NCBI GenBank assembly: GCA_013388455.1
Contig: JACAFF010000022.1
Coordinates: 41,866-105,865, forward strand
DNA from: Nitrospirota bacterium
GTDB lineage: Bacteria > Nitrospirota > Thermodesulfovibrionia > Thermodesulfovibrionales > SM23-35
Reading direction: 5' to 3'
DNA: 64,000 bases
The notes beneath the pieces are model-generated. The model was given only the letters and a program-made list of their open reading frames with translations, had not been told where the DNA came from and made no database searches. Both the position numbers and the translations under genes were made by a program. Within the stretch, counting starts at the first letter, position 1, and the number at the start of each line of letters is the position of its first letter. Positions 27,950 to 38,173 of this stretch are shown in pieces.

Positions 27950-28654
27950 TCAAAACTTTTCATCTACCTCTTTCCTTAAGGGGCGGAATACAATCTCGAG
28001 ATAAGTGGCAAATGCAATTTTAAAAAATTCTATTGCCCGTCTTCTGAGTTTCAAAAAATCATCAGGTTCAATCCCATATTTTTTTCTGATTTCTTCAAGT
28101 TCTTTATCATGGTTTGTTGTTTCTAAATCTTTAGCGACGCTTGGGCGTGCAGTAGCAAGGGTAAAGAGAAAGAGTTCCTTAACACCTTCAAAATAGTCCT
28201 CTTTCCGTTCTGCATAGTGCGTAAGGCTGTCACCCCAAAAATCAGTATTTTCGATCTCTTTTTCGACACCTTCGCGGAAATTGTCGGATATGACTAGAGA
28301 ATCGAGCATACCGTATATTTTCTGGAGAATCGGATCTATAATAGCATTATTTTCTGCCATGGGAAAAACCAACTCAGACAATACATCTTGAAACTCGATA
28401 TGGCGTTGACGACATTCGTAATCCAAGATCCTGCCAAGCTTTTCCATACGACTTTCATCATCTTTTATTTCCTCGGGATGTATCACAGGAAGATTTGCTT
28501 TTTCTTTGATAAAACGGGAAATCAAAAAACCAGCCATCATCGACACGATATACAAAAGCCCTTGAACCTCATCGATCATCATACCTCGCTTCTCTATGAA
28601 TGCTTGAATCTTCATCCACATTGGATGTCTTTTAATTTCCTCATTAAATTCCAT
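27950..28654 (-). CDS. hypothetical protein (234 aa, helical, no recognised domain)
   Basis: Long ORF with AAGGAG RBS; preceded by a translationally coupled 27-codon ORF at 28656-28739. Confidence 0.5.
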   Translation of the reverse strand: MEFNEEIKRHPMWMKIQAFIEKRGMMIDEVQGLLYIVSMMAGFLISRFIKEKANLPVIHPEEIKDDESRMEKLGRILDYECRQRHIEFQDVLSELVFPMAENNAIIDPILQKIYGMLDSLVISDNFREGVEKEIENTDFWGDSLTHYAERKEDYFEGVKELFLFTLATARPSVAKDLETTNHDKELEEIRKKYGIEPDDFLKLRRRAIEFFKIAFATYLEIVFRPLRKEVDEKF

Positions 28655-29169
28655 GTTAAATCTTCTCCTTATTTGCCAAGATTTCTTTTGCTGTCATGTA
28701 CTTAACGACTTTGCGCTCGGACTCGGCCAAGTTAATCATGGTTGTTTTCTTCTCTAAAGCATCATCTTTATTTACAGCATTAAAAAATTCATTTTAAGCT
28801 CTCTCTATGTTTTTAGACAACATACAATTTACCCATTGCCTATAGAATTTCATTTGTACTCAGCAAAATTATAGCAAGTTTAAGGGAGGAGAGTTACAGG
28901 AAGCAATCCAAAAGGGATTGAAAATCCTAAATCTTTTGTGTTAATTTCATCGAATCCTCCGCTATCAGCAACTTAGATTAAAAAGGAAGTATACATTTTT
29001 TCATCTTTATAGAGATCTTCCCAAAACCTCTTTTCCTGTGGGAATAATTGAATAAACTTATTGTATATGGAGGCAACAGCATCCTCCATAACAAGACACC
29101 GGTTTATTAATTGATATATCTACATAATAAACTTCTAAATGTATCACCCCGCCCCATTTTTCGGAAATT

Positions 29170-29505
29170 TCATTCATTGCTTATTGGGCCTTCAGAAAAA
29201 TATATCCTGTCAAAAGTACGATTGAGGGTTTTACTCCTAAAATTTACCATCTCGATCCCGGGCTTGAAAGATATATCTTCTCCTAAAACTACTTTCATTT
29301 TATAAACTGCCACCCATGTTTTTTTATTGTTTTTCTCAAGACATACATAAGTGTATCTGCCACTATCCATTGTTTCAATTACCTTCCCCGATAATGAAGA
29401 TTTATCTTTTATACTTTCAGTTGATTGATCAGCGAAAATACCTCGATCTTTGCTTTGAAACAAAAGTATTAACATCATAATTGATATTATTGTAAAACGT
29501 TTCAT
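29170..29505 (-). CDS. small secreted protein of the ABC-efflux operon
   Basis: Signal peptide MKRFTIISIMMLILLF; motif GKVIETMDSGRYTYVCLEKNNKKTWVAV...F....LNRTFD.I.FS, which I recall seeing next to MacB-type transporters in anaerobes. Confidence 0.55.
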   Translation of the reverse strand: MKRFTIISIMMLILLFQSKDRGIFADQSTESIKDKSSLSGKVIETMDSGRYTYVCLEKNNKKTWVAVYKMKVVLGEDISFKPGIEMVNFRSKTLNRTFDRIYFSEGPISNE

Positions 29506-29635
29506 TTTCTCCCCTTGCCAGTTATCTTTATCTTAACTATTACTGGCCCTTTCTTATAAAATTTGTTTGCTACTGGATTTATTTTAATTTAAAACATTTC
29601 TAAAAATAAAACAATACTTCGAATTGGAGATACTT

Positions 29636-30802
29636 TTATCTTGCCCTCAATGCTTCGACAATATTCATACGAGAAGCTCTGACTGCTGGTAACAAACCAC
29701 CAACAAACCCCATAAAGAGAGAGAAAATAATTGCCTGATAGATAATCTCAATTGTGAGAGAAAAAGAGAAAGCAATTTCAGAAAAGGTCTGAAAGTTCAA
29801 TGTTGACACAGTAAAAAGTTGGAGAAAAGAAGCAAAGAATAGTCCTGTGATGCCGCCAATAAAACCAAGAAATAGTGATTCAAGGAGAAAGGCTATTAAT
29901 ATATTTCTTCGCTGAAAACCAAGTGCTCGTAGCGTGCCTATTTCAAAAACACGATTGGCAACTGCAGAATACATGGTAATCATTGCTCCAATTATTGCAC
30001 CAAGAGAAAATATGATAGTAAGTGTCAGTCCAAGGATGCGTAGAAATTTTGCCATCATCTCTGACTGTTTTCTGTAGTATTCTGGTTCACGCATAGCCTC
30101 AACTGTAAGTCGTGGATTATTCTCAATCCGTGATTTAACTTCACAGAATTTTGAAGGTTCGTGCAATCTAAATATCATCGACGAATAAGCAGGCCTTCTG
30201 AAAGACTGCATAAACTGAATAACGTCCCCCCATATTTCTGAATTAAAGCTTGTATTTCCTGCATCAAAAATTCCAACTACTGTCCAATCCCTCATGGCAA
30301 AACGGATGGTTTCTCCTATTCCGCCCCCGTGAAACCGTCTTGCTATGCTTAAGCCTGCAATAATCTCTGATGAGCCAGGTCTTGGCATCCTTCCCTCTAT
30401 TAGCTTTACCTGAGGACGAAGAACCATGGATTGCTCCTCTACTCCGCGTATTACAACATTTGAGGGTTTGTCTGTTCCTCTTTTGGGAAGCACAATCAGA
30501 ACTACCAGTTCTTTAGCAACCATCCGTTTCCCATCTTTACCAATAGCAATTTCTGGCTGCATCTCGATTATTGATGCCTGCAACCGATCTACTCCACTTT
30601 GCACTTCCGAACCTGCTGCCTTTCTTATTACCACAACATTATCATATGAACCTGTCTCTATTAAAGTCTTCTGAAGACCCTCTGCAAGCATTAAAACTGC
30701 TGAAAAAACAAATACAACTAAAGCCATTCCAGAGGCAGTCAAAGCAGTTGTAAGCCTCCGTGTCCACAGGTTACGTAAATTATATATAAAAGGTATTTTC
30801 AC
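29636..30802 (-). CDS. ABC transporter permease, FtsX/MacB family
   Basis: 388 aa; N-terminal TM helix, large periplasmic domain, 3 C-terminal TMs with the FtsX signature (GTLRALGF). Confidence 0.85.
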   Translation of the reverse strand: MKIPFIYNLRNLWTRRLTTALTASGMALVVFVFSAVLMLAEGLQKTLIETGSYDNVVVIRKAAGSEVQSGVDRLQASIIEMQPEIAIGKDGKRMVAKELVVLIVLPKRGTDKPSNVVIRGVEEQSMVLRPQVKLIEGRMPRPGSSEIIAGLSIARRFHGGGIGETIRFAMRDWTVVGIFDAGNTSFNSEIWGDVIQFMQSFRRPAYSSMIFRLHEPSKFCEVKSRIENNPRLTVEAMREPEYYRKQSEMMAKFLRILGLTLTIIFSLGAIIGAMITMYSAVANRVFEIGTLRALGFQRRNILIAFLLESLFLGFIGGITGLFFASFLQLFTVSTLNFQTFSEIAFSFSLTIEIIYQAIIFSLFMGFVGGLLPAVRASRMNIVEALRAR

Positions 30803-30827
30803 TTTATCTTTTTGTCATCTTTAAATT

Positions 30828-31985
30828 CTATCCTATCCTTCTCAATCCATCGGCTATCTTTATATTGATCGCTCTCCAGGTAGGAAAGATTGCAGCAATA
30901 GAACCGACGAAGAATGCAGCGATTATATCCATATAAATAGTTTCCCTTTCAATATTAAACACAGGGAAGTAAGCACTCAATTGTTTACTGAAAATCTTTG
31001 CTGCAGGAAAAGTTAGAATAATTCCGAACACTGCACCGAGCATTGTGATAAACAGAGATTCCCCGAATATAAGGCCAGAAATATGCAAACCACCAAAGCC
31101 AAGAGTCTTGAAAATTGCATATTCACCTATTCGCTCACGTGCGGTCATTATCATCGTATTTGCAACAACAGCCAGAATGATAAAAATAATAACAAATGAT
31201 ACTAACTGTATAGCCATTACAATTGCCTCTGTCATTGAAATAAAACTTAAAGTAAATGCCTTTTCTGTTTCAGTAAGTGTTTCTGCAATAGAGTTTTTAA
31301 AAGTACTATCTACCTTTAAAGAAACTTCAGCAGCAAGATTTGGATTTTTAATCTCAATCATATACCATCCTACCTGGTCTGCCCATAACCTTTTGGCTTT
31401 TTTAAGTGATTCATTCAGATATTCCCAATGGAAGAAAAAGGCTGTTTCATCCACATTTTGATCTCTTCCCTTATAAATGCCTCTTAATACAAAATCCCAG
31501 TTTCCCGGGAAAATAGATCCTTTAAGAGTTATAGTATCTCCAATCTTCCAACCATATCGTTCTGCTAATTTACGGCCGGCAACTGCTGCTTTTCTGTCCC
31601 TGAAAAGATTCTCCTTCTGATCAGCAGGCAATATAATCTCAGGGAACATTTCAAGATATGTTTTAGGTTCAACTGCATAGTTTGCAAAAAAATGTTTCTC
31701 ATCTATATAAATACCTCCGAACCATGTGCCATAAGAAACTCTTTTTACCCCTTCAATCTGTCTTATTTTCTCCTTATATGAAAGCGGCAGAGGAAAAACC
31801 AATGATACAGCATTTCTCGTTACAAGACGACTTGCTGATGCTGTTTTTACACCTAAATACCAAGTGTCGATTACTGTTCTCAGAAGTCCGAATGCAAGTA
31901 TAGCGATAGCGACTCCCATTATAGTCAGCAGAGTGCGTAGCTTGTGACGGAATGCATTTTTAAAAATTAACTTGAAAACTTGCAT
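30828..31985 (-). CDS. ABC transporter permease, FtsX/MacB family (second copy)
   Basis: 385 aa with the same topology (EYAIFKTLGF). Confidence 0.85.
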   Translation of the reverse strand: MQVFKLIFKNAFRHKLRTLLTIMGVAIAILAFGLLRTVIDTWYLGVKTASASRLVTRNAVSLVFPLPLSYKEKIRQIEGVKRVSYGTWFGGIYIDEKHFFANYAVEPKTYLEMFPEIILPADQKENLFRDRKAAVAGRKLAERYGWKIGDTITLKGSIFPGNWDFVLRGIYKGRDQNVDETAFFFHWEYLNESLKKAKRLWADQVGWYMIEIKNPNLAAEVSLKVDSTFKNSIAETLTETEKAFTLSFISMTEAIVMAIQLVSFVIIFIILAVVANTMIMTARERIGEYAIFKTLGFGGLHISGLIFGESLFITMLGAVFGIILTFPAAKIFSKQLSAYFPVFNIERETIYMDIIAAFFVGSIAAIFPTWRAINIKIADGLRRIG

Positions 31986-32661
31986 TTAAAACACCTTTAT
32001 CAAGATGCATTATTATATGTGCTTTTTTAGCTGCCCTTGGATCATGTGTAACCATGATAATGGTTTTCCCAAGTTCATGAACAAGGCGTTCCATGAGCTC
32101 GAGAACATCATTTGCAGAAATCCTGTCAAGGTCTCCGGTTGGTTCATCAGCAACGAGTATTATAGGATCTGTTACAATGGCACGAGCAATAGCAACCCTC
32201 TGCTGCTGACCTCCTGACAATTGTCCGGGATAATGTTCCATCCTGTCTGCAAGATTAACTATATTAAGAGCAGTTTCTACATGTATCCGGCGTTCCTTTT
32301 TTGAAAGACCTGTTAAGAGCAAAGGCAACTCAACATTTTCAAAAGCGGTAAGCACCGGGATCAGATTATAGAACTGGAATATGAAACCTACATTTGATGA
32401 TCGCCATGTTGCAAGTTCGGTCTCAGTAAGTTGAGTAATATCAATTCCTTTGATCTTTATTATTCCGCTGTCAACCTTATCGATCCCTGCAATAAGATTT
32501 AAAAGCGTTGTCTTGCCTGAACCCGAAGGCCCCATCAAAGCAAGGAATTCACCCTCTTCAATATCAAGTGATATATCATTTAATACCTGTAGAATCTGAT
32601 TCCCTCTGCGATATGACTTGAAGACATTTTTTATCTCAAGAATTATATTTCTGTTAGTCAT
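31960..32661 (-). CDS. ABC transporter ATP-binding protein (MacB/LolD-type)
   Basis: Walker A GPSGSGKTT, signature LSGGQQQRVAIARA, Walker B ILVADEPTGDLD. Confidence 0.93.
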   Translation of the reverse strand: MTNRNIILEIKNVFKSYRRGNQILQVLNDISLDIEEGEFLALMGPSGSGKTTLLNLIAGIDKVDSGIIKIKGIDITQLTETELATWRSSNVGFIFQFYNLIPVLTAFENVELPLLLTGLSKKERRIHVETALNIVNLADRMEHYPGQLSGGQQQRVAIARAIVTDPIILVADEPTGDLDRISANDVLELMERLVHELGKTIIMVTHDPRAAKKAHIIMHLDKGVLNASFQVNF

Positions 32662-33878
32662 TACTCTTCTTTTATCTTTATCCTTAAACCGTCCCTCATT
32701 TTATTCAGTGGTCTCAGCACAACCCTGTCACCTGCCTTAACTCCATTCAAAATTTCTGTCATTTCATCATACTTCGATCCAATATTTATAGAGGTCTTCT
32801 TAACTCTATCTTCAATGACAAGATACACATAACTCTTACCATTTATTGTTATGACAGCATCTTTATTAATAGCTGTAAAAGGTTTCTGTTCTTCTAACTT
32901 GACTTCTCTGGATAGAAAAGCCACCTTAGCGCTCATTTCTGGCAAAATACGTTTATCTCTGTCAATAAAACTAACTTTCACAAGCACAGTTGCTTTTGTG
33001 CGGTCAGCAGTGGGCACTATCATATGCACTTTTCCCCTGAAACGTGAATCAGGCAGAGCATCAAGTTGAATCTCACAGGGCTGTCCAATTTTTACGTTCT
33101 GAATATTTGACTCTGATACGTCAACTTCTACCTGAAGTGAATTCATGTCAGCTATTGTCACCACAGCAGCCTTTGCATTCGCAGCCGCACTGAAAGGGCT
33201 GACAATATCTCCAATATCTGCATTTTTTGTTAGAACAACGGCATCGAAAGGTGCTCTAATAAAGGTATAATCAAGTGATACCCTGGCTACCTCAAGAGCT
33301 GCTGTAGCTGCCTTTACTGAAGCTTCTGAAGCTTCAACCAATGCAAGCGCCTTCTTGTAACGGGCTTCTGCTGCATCATACTCTGACCTTGAAACAAAAT
33401 CCTGCTCCAAAAGATTTTTGATTCTATTGAAATATAGACTGGCATCAGTAAGCTCAGCTTTTGCCTGTTCAAGATTATGATGTGCTACTTTCATATTAGC
33501 TTCTGCCTGTCGCTTAGAAGCAAACACATCTTCGTTTTCGAGTTGAGCAATAATTTCACCTGTTCTGACTCTACTTCCTTCTTCTACAGAGATTGACACC
33601 AGACGACCTGTCACTTTTGATGCAACTGCTGCTTTACGTTGAGCAACAACATATCCACTGGCATTCAAAACTGTAAATGTTTGTGAAGGATAAAGTTGTG
33701 TTACATTTGTAACTTCAACATCAACAGAAGGTGTCAAGAAACCTGTTAGGTAAAGGGTTATAATAACAGCAATTAGAATGAACCCTGCCATCCAATATAT
33801 TAACTTCTTATGTCTTTTCGGACGGTAGGTTACAGCAGATTTATCAATCTTTAACTGAGACAGATCTTCATTTGCCAT
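32661..33878 (-). CDS. efflux periplasmic adaptor (HlyD/MacA membrane-fusion protein)
   Basis: 405 aa; N-terminal TM anchor, coiled-coil hairpin, barrel-sandwich/beta-barrel regions. Confidence 0.85.
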   Translation of the reverse strand: MANEDLSQLKIDKSAVTYRPKRHKKLIYWMAGFILIAVIITLYLTGFLTPSVDVEVTNVTQLYPSQTFTVLNASGYVVAQRKAAVASKVTGRLVSISVEEGSRVRTGEIIAQLENEDVFASKRQAEANMKVAHHNLEQAKAELTDASLYFNRIKNLLEQDFVSRSEYDAAEARYKKALALVEASEASVKAATAALEVARVSLDYTFIRAPFDAVVLTKNADIGDIVSPFSAAANAKAAVVTIADMNSLQVEVDVSESNIQNVKIGQPCEIQLDALPDSRFRGKVHMIVPTADRTKATVLVKVSFIDRDKRILPEMSAKVAFLSREVKLEEQKPFTAINKDAVITINGKSYVYLVIEDRVKKTSINIGSKYDEMTEILNGVKAGDRVVLRPLNKMRDGLRIKIKEE

Positions 33879-34041
33879 TTATGTCTCCTTTAAGGAAATT
33901 TATATAATTACTTTAATTTTTATTATAATATTTTACAATTAATGCTATTTTTTTATTTTATGATAATTGATAATTATGGAATGGCCTGTGCTGAGGATAT
34001 CTAATCCTCAGAGGTCATGATGATAAACTAAATGAAATTCT

Positions 34042-34120
34042 AATAATGCAGATGTGTGAAAAAATTTATTTTTCGATACCTTAGTTTACCTATAAATAAT
34101 GGTTTTATGAATACTTTTAC
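34042..34120 (-). mobile_element. MITE-like element, copy C (partial, inverted orientation)
   Basis: AATAATGCAGATGTGTGAAAAAATTTATTTTTCGATACCTTAGT...GGTTTTATGAATA is the reverse complement of the right half of copies A and B; the left half is replaced. Confidence 0.55.
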
Positions 34121-34189
34121 CCATATAACATATACACCTCATTGCAACCTCGGACTTGATTCAGTAGAAGCAACCCAATCTTTAGCATT

Positions 34190-34230
34190 GAGATTGCCAC
34201 GCCCTGAAAGCGTTCGGGGCTCGCAACGAC
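34190..34230. repeat. short dispersed repeat, GTCRTTGYGAG family (copy 3, inverted)
   Basis: Reverse complement GTCGTTGCGAGCCCCGAACGCTTTCAGGGCGTGGCAATCTC parallels GTCATTGTGAGCACCTGAAAGGTGCGTGGCA at 27605. Confidence 0.45.
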
Positions 34231-34308
34231 AACTTAAATAAGAACTTTCTCATCTAATCACTAAATTTGAAAATAACTATTAAGGATTTTGAATAGATTC
34301 TTTTAAGA

Positions 34309-34926
34309 CTATTTTTTATCCCAATTGCCATTTGCATCCTGTATCCACCATCCTTTTTTTGCCTTGTCACGTCTAAGTGCAGCAAATTGCTCGACAGCTA
34401 AAGGCATGGCCTTTTTCATAGTCTCTTCATTTTCTCTATCCCTGTTAACCCTGATAATTGCCTTTGCCATTCCATTCATAACTGTCTTCCTATTTTCATT
34501 CTCCATATTAACAAGCTTTTTGTCTTGAGGGCTCAATTTGCCCTCTCTTTCTATTAGTAATCCATTATTCCCCTCACCAACAACTCCGCTGTCCCTGAGT
34601 CTATCAATCTCCGGAAGCCTTTTCCCCATTTCATTATATGCATTAACTACATCCGGCATTTTCTTAACAATCTCTGATACTTTATCTGCAAGTCCGGACT
34701 CCTGTGCATTAGCAGTTGCAATAAATTCAAAACGAATCGAACTTTGTGGTTTCTCCTCTGGCTTTCCGATATTTTCTTCCTGATCTGTTTTCATCAGCTC
34801 TTTTTCAAGATTTTTGTATGCCTCCTGAACATCTTTTTCAGGGAAGTAAATATTAACTGTTATCGCAACACATGATGTTATTATAAAAATCAGTGCCACC
34901 AGTAGATATTTAGTCCTTGTTTTCAT
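34309..34926 (-). CDS. YdbL-like (DUF1318) periplasmic lipoprotein
   Basis: Lipobox IITSC; C-terminal VGEGNNGLL...LV..EN.NR...M..MAKA...GWWIQDANGNW.KK matches my recollection of YdbL/DUF1318. Confidence 0.7.
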   Translation of the reverse strand: MKTRTKYLLVALIFIITSCVAITVNIYFPEKDVQEAYKNLEKELMKTDQEENIGKPEEKPQSSIRFEFIATANAQESGLADKVSEIVKKMPDVVNAYNEMGKRLPEIDRLRDSGVVGEGNNGLLIEREGKLSPQDKKLVNMENENRKTVMNGMAKAIIRVNRDRENEETMKKAMPLAVEQFAALRRDKAKKGWWIQDANGNWDKK

Positions 34927-34951
34927 AGTTAAAACCTCCTTTAATAAAATA

Positions 34952-37900
34952 TTAATCTTTCTCTTTTTTTGCTCTATTCGCTGCCTCTGTTATTGTCCAC
35001 ATAAGATCATCTATTGCTATCCTGTTATTAAAAGGAGCAACCTTTATCAAAAGATCGGTAAAACCGAAAAAGTTTTTATTAGAGATTTCTAATTCATGAA
35101 ATATCAGAAATCCATTCTGCACATAAAGATTCATAAACCCTTTATCAAAATCTCTGTCCCCGAGATAGGTTTTTATAGACTGTCCACCAACCTTTTTTAA
35201 GAATTCTCTGCTAAGTTTTGTCGATTCTCCTTTAGCACTGTATGTCCAGAAATCTGTCTTGCCGAGTATTGTCGATATCCCTCCATTCGTCCCTTTCAGA
35301 TGTATAAAGCCATCAAGCATTCCTGACAGGTAACCGCGAATCGGTTTTATTTCCTCGCATAATGTTGAAAGTCTGAGACCTTTTAAAATTGAACCTACTT
35401 TATAATTATAACCATTTGAGATATCAAAAACAGCAGTACCATACATTTTCCCACCAAAAACATCGGCACTGAATCGTTCAACATTGAAAATATTGCCCTC
35501 CTGCTTCACCCATAGAGTGAGGTTATCTAACAATTTAAACCCATATATCAAAGAACCAATTGTTATTTTACTATATGCAGAGTCATCAATCCCACGAGAA
35601 AAATATTTTTTAAGATTGTTAAATTCTGAACGTTCGAACAATGGCATATCCTTAACAGCTTTTACACGTGGTTTTTTATATCCAATCGGAATAATACCGT
35701 TTACAGGACCAACATAATATTCCCTGTTTTCTCCTTCTAAAACAATGTTATTTAATTTTAATTTTCCATCCACTTGTAATGAAGATGCTGTATATTTAAT
35801 AGAAAAAACAGATGAAAAACTTCCACCAAGTTCAGCATAAAGAAAACTGTCAGGGAATACTTCCCATAAAGTCTCTCTGACGTCTGTTAATTTTATCTCT
35901 GGATGGGTTATTTTCATCTCAAATAATCTGTCTTTTTTAAAAAAATTTTTTACTGATCCAGATATGTCTGCTGATATTCTTCCTTCAGAGGCCTTGATAA
36001 TAAAACTTATATCTTCTCCTTTAAACTCACCATCACCTGTCATCGAGATATCTTTTAGTATGCTTTTAGTTTTTTTATCAAACACTTCAATTTTTTCTGC
36101 CTCCATTTTTGCCCTACCTTCTAAGACCCCAGCATTTTCTAATATTCCATCAAATATTAATCTCTTAAGGTTTCCTGACACCCTGTAAGGTAAGTCTATA
36201 ATCTTCATGGTCTCTTCTGACATTTTGCCCAGGTCAATATCTTCTGTATATAATTCAATCTTTAATGGATAAAGACTTTTAGATATCCGTCCATCTGCCT
36301 TTAGTCTCACATTTCCATGCAAAACTTCAGCCTTCGAGATTTCAAGAGAAAAGATCTCGTTATTAAATTTCCCTCCACCTCTTATTGAAGCGGTATGAAT
36401 ACCATTAAACCAAAGGCCACCTATTGAAAAATTAGAAGTTCCTTTAATCAAATTGCTTATTCTCCTGATATCCAGATAAAGAGATGTATCCCTGATTTCT
36501 GCTTTTTTTACTGGATAGTAAGCATTTAATTTTTCTGTTTTTATTGTTGCTTCGACCTTCTTTCCTTTTTCCGGGAAATTTACAGTCACAAGCTCAGATG
36601 TTAATTTGAAATCTTTCCCATCAATATTTAAATTCTTCAAAGCAATATCTTCACCGCTATTCTTAATAATAAATCCTGTATGTAGTTGGGGTATTTTATA
36701 TTTCCTGTACTGTACATTTCTTATATCAGCCAGGCCTTCTAATGAAAATTTCTTTTCTTTAAAATTCCCTTTTACATCCAACGTAAGACTCTCCATCTGA
36801 ACTTTATTTTCTTTTTCAATATCTATTTCAACAGGCGATAGATTAATATAAGATATAAGAACTATATCCTTCAGATCTTCTTTTGCTTTAAACATAAAAT
36901 TTGCATTTGCAGTTGTATTAAACTGATATCCTTTCAACCTGGATATTCTAACTATAGTCTCTGCTCTGGCGCTTATATTTTTTCCAGGCAAAAATATGAG
37001 CTTAGCATTGATTGCATCGATATCTGCATTTTTTGACTTAAAGACACCATCCCTGAGGTTAACTGTCCCGGATATTTCAGGAAAATGCTTTTTAATGCTT
37101 CCATGAATTAGAAGATTCTCAGATGTAATGATTCCGTTTAACTGCACATTCTTCATAAAATTGAATTTTGATAGGTCAAGCTTGTTTATTTTCGGCCATA
37201 TGGTAAAGACGAAGTCATTTTCCATCCTTTTTATTTCACCTTTCAATGTAGTAGTAGCAATATGATTTGAGCTGATTGAGCAATCTTCAATTGAGAGCAG
37301 TTTTTCCGGCATGTTAAGGAAAGCACGCATGTTCAGCAGGATTTCCTTAGTGTCTCTTTTAAAGAAAGCAAACCCTGCTTTTTTAATACTTATATCAGAT
37401 TTGATATTCAATCCTTTTGTGGTATCACCCCATGCATTCAAGTAAAAACTGGTTTTTGTATTTTCGGTATTTATTCCATATTTGTTAAAAATTTGTTTGA
37501 ACAGCAATAGGTTTATATCTTTAGATAAAACAGAAATATTCAATCTTTTTGGTTCATCTTTCAGATATGCCCATCCTTCAAAACTTATCTTATTATCTTC
37601 GACAAATGATGAACTGCCTTTTATTGAGGTTTTTACTCCTGCATTTGAGGAAAGATTTTTTATGTGTATATTGATTTTTTCTGTCCTGAATACTTTATTG
37701 AAATCAAACGAACCTGATTTCAATTCGAGGTTGTCTATCTGATAAATAATTGTTGGTTTTCTCTTGAAAAAATTTCTCAGCTTTTCAGAAATATTAAGCC
37801 TTCCTTCCTTGTCCTTTACAAGAGTGAGTTCAGGGGAGTAGACTAAGATTCTTTTAAGATAGAATTTTTTATTAAAAAGCTCCCTGTATTTCATATTCAA

Positions 37901-38173
37901 ATGGAGCTTTTTTATCCTGAGAAGTTCCCCTGAGCTGAAACCCACAGGGTTTTTCACTGAAATATTATATATGTCTATGCCTGTAAGGCTGAAGGACATA
38001 TCACCAATGTCAACTTTCTGACCCATAAATGAAGTAGCTTCATCTTCCATTTTTGAAATGAGGGCTTTTTTAAAATCCTGATATTTAAGATAGGCAAGGG
38101 TAACAAAACAGATAGTAAGGACGAGAAGAACGAGAGAGATTATTTTTATTAATCTTTTTACTTTCAATGACAT
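34952..38173 (-). CDS. AsmA-like/YdbH-like giant envelope protein (putative intermembrane lipid-transfer bridge)
   Basis: 1073 aa, single N-terminal TM anchor, long beta-rich repetitive body; genetically paired with the YdbL-like gene as in the E. coli ydbH-ynbE-ydbL operon. Confidence 0.65.
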   Translation of the reverse strand: MSLKVKRLIKIISLVLLVLTICFVTLAYLKYQDFKKALISKMEDEATSFMGQKVDIGDMSFSLTGIDIYNISVKNPVGFSSGELLRIKKLHLNMKYRELFNKKFYLKRILVYSPELTLVKDKEGRLNISEKLRNFFKRKPTIIYQIDNLELKSGSFDFNKVFRTEKINIHIKNLSSNAGVKTSIKGSSSFVEDNKISFEGWAYLKDEPKRLNISVLSKDINLLLFKQIFNKYGINTENTKTSFYLNAWGDTTKGLNIKSDISIKKAGFAFFKRDTKEILLNMRAFLNMPEKLLSIEDCSISSNHIATTTLKGEIKRMENDFVFTIWPKINKLDLSKFNFMKNVQLNGIITSENLLIHGSIKKHFPEISGTVNLRDGVFKSKNADIDAINAKLIFLPGKNISARAETIVRISRLKGYQFNTTANANFMFKAKEDLKDIVLISYINLSPVEIDIEKENKVQMESLTLDVKGNFKEKKFSLEGLADIRNVQYRKYKIPQLHTGFIIKNSGEDIALKNLNIDGKDFKLTSELVTVNFPEKGKKVEATIKTEKLNAYYPVKKAEIRDTSLYLDIRRISNLIKGTSNFSIGGLWFNGIHTASIRGGGKFNNEIFSLEISKAEVLHGNVRLKADGRISKSLYPLKIELYTEDIDLGKMSEETMKIIDLPYRVSGNLKRLIFDGILENAGVLEGRAKMEAEKIEVFDKKTKSILKDISMTGDGEFKGEDISFIIKASEGRISADISGSVKNFFKKDRLFEMKITHPEIKLTDVRETLWEVFPDSFLYAELGGSFSSVFSIKYTASSLQVDGKLKLNNIVLEGENREYYVGPVNGIIPIGYKKPRVKAVKDMPLFERSEFNNLKKYFSRGIDDSAYSKITIGSLIYGFKLLDNLTLWVKQEGNIFNVERFSADVFGGKMYGTAVFDISNGYNYKVGSILKGLRLSTLCEEIKPIRGYLSGMLDGFIHLKGTNGGISTILGKTDFWTYSAKGESTKLSREFLKKVGGQSIKTYLGDRDFDKGFMNLYVQNGFLIFHELEISNKNFFGFTDLLIKVAPFNNRIAIDDLMWTITEAANRAKKEKD

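Noticed and set aside
28656-28739. 27-codon ORF (MINLAESERKVVKYMTAKEILANKEKI) translationally coupled to the 234-aa hypothetical gene
   Set aside because: The open frame extends upstream without a start, so it looks like the tail of a destroyed gene. Kept only as a note because its stop/SD arrangement with the next gene is neat.
34325-34783. Two plus-strand ORFs (67 and 81 aa), Ser/Leu/Phe-rich
   Set aside because: Antisense to the YdbL-like gene; compositional artefacts.
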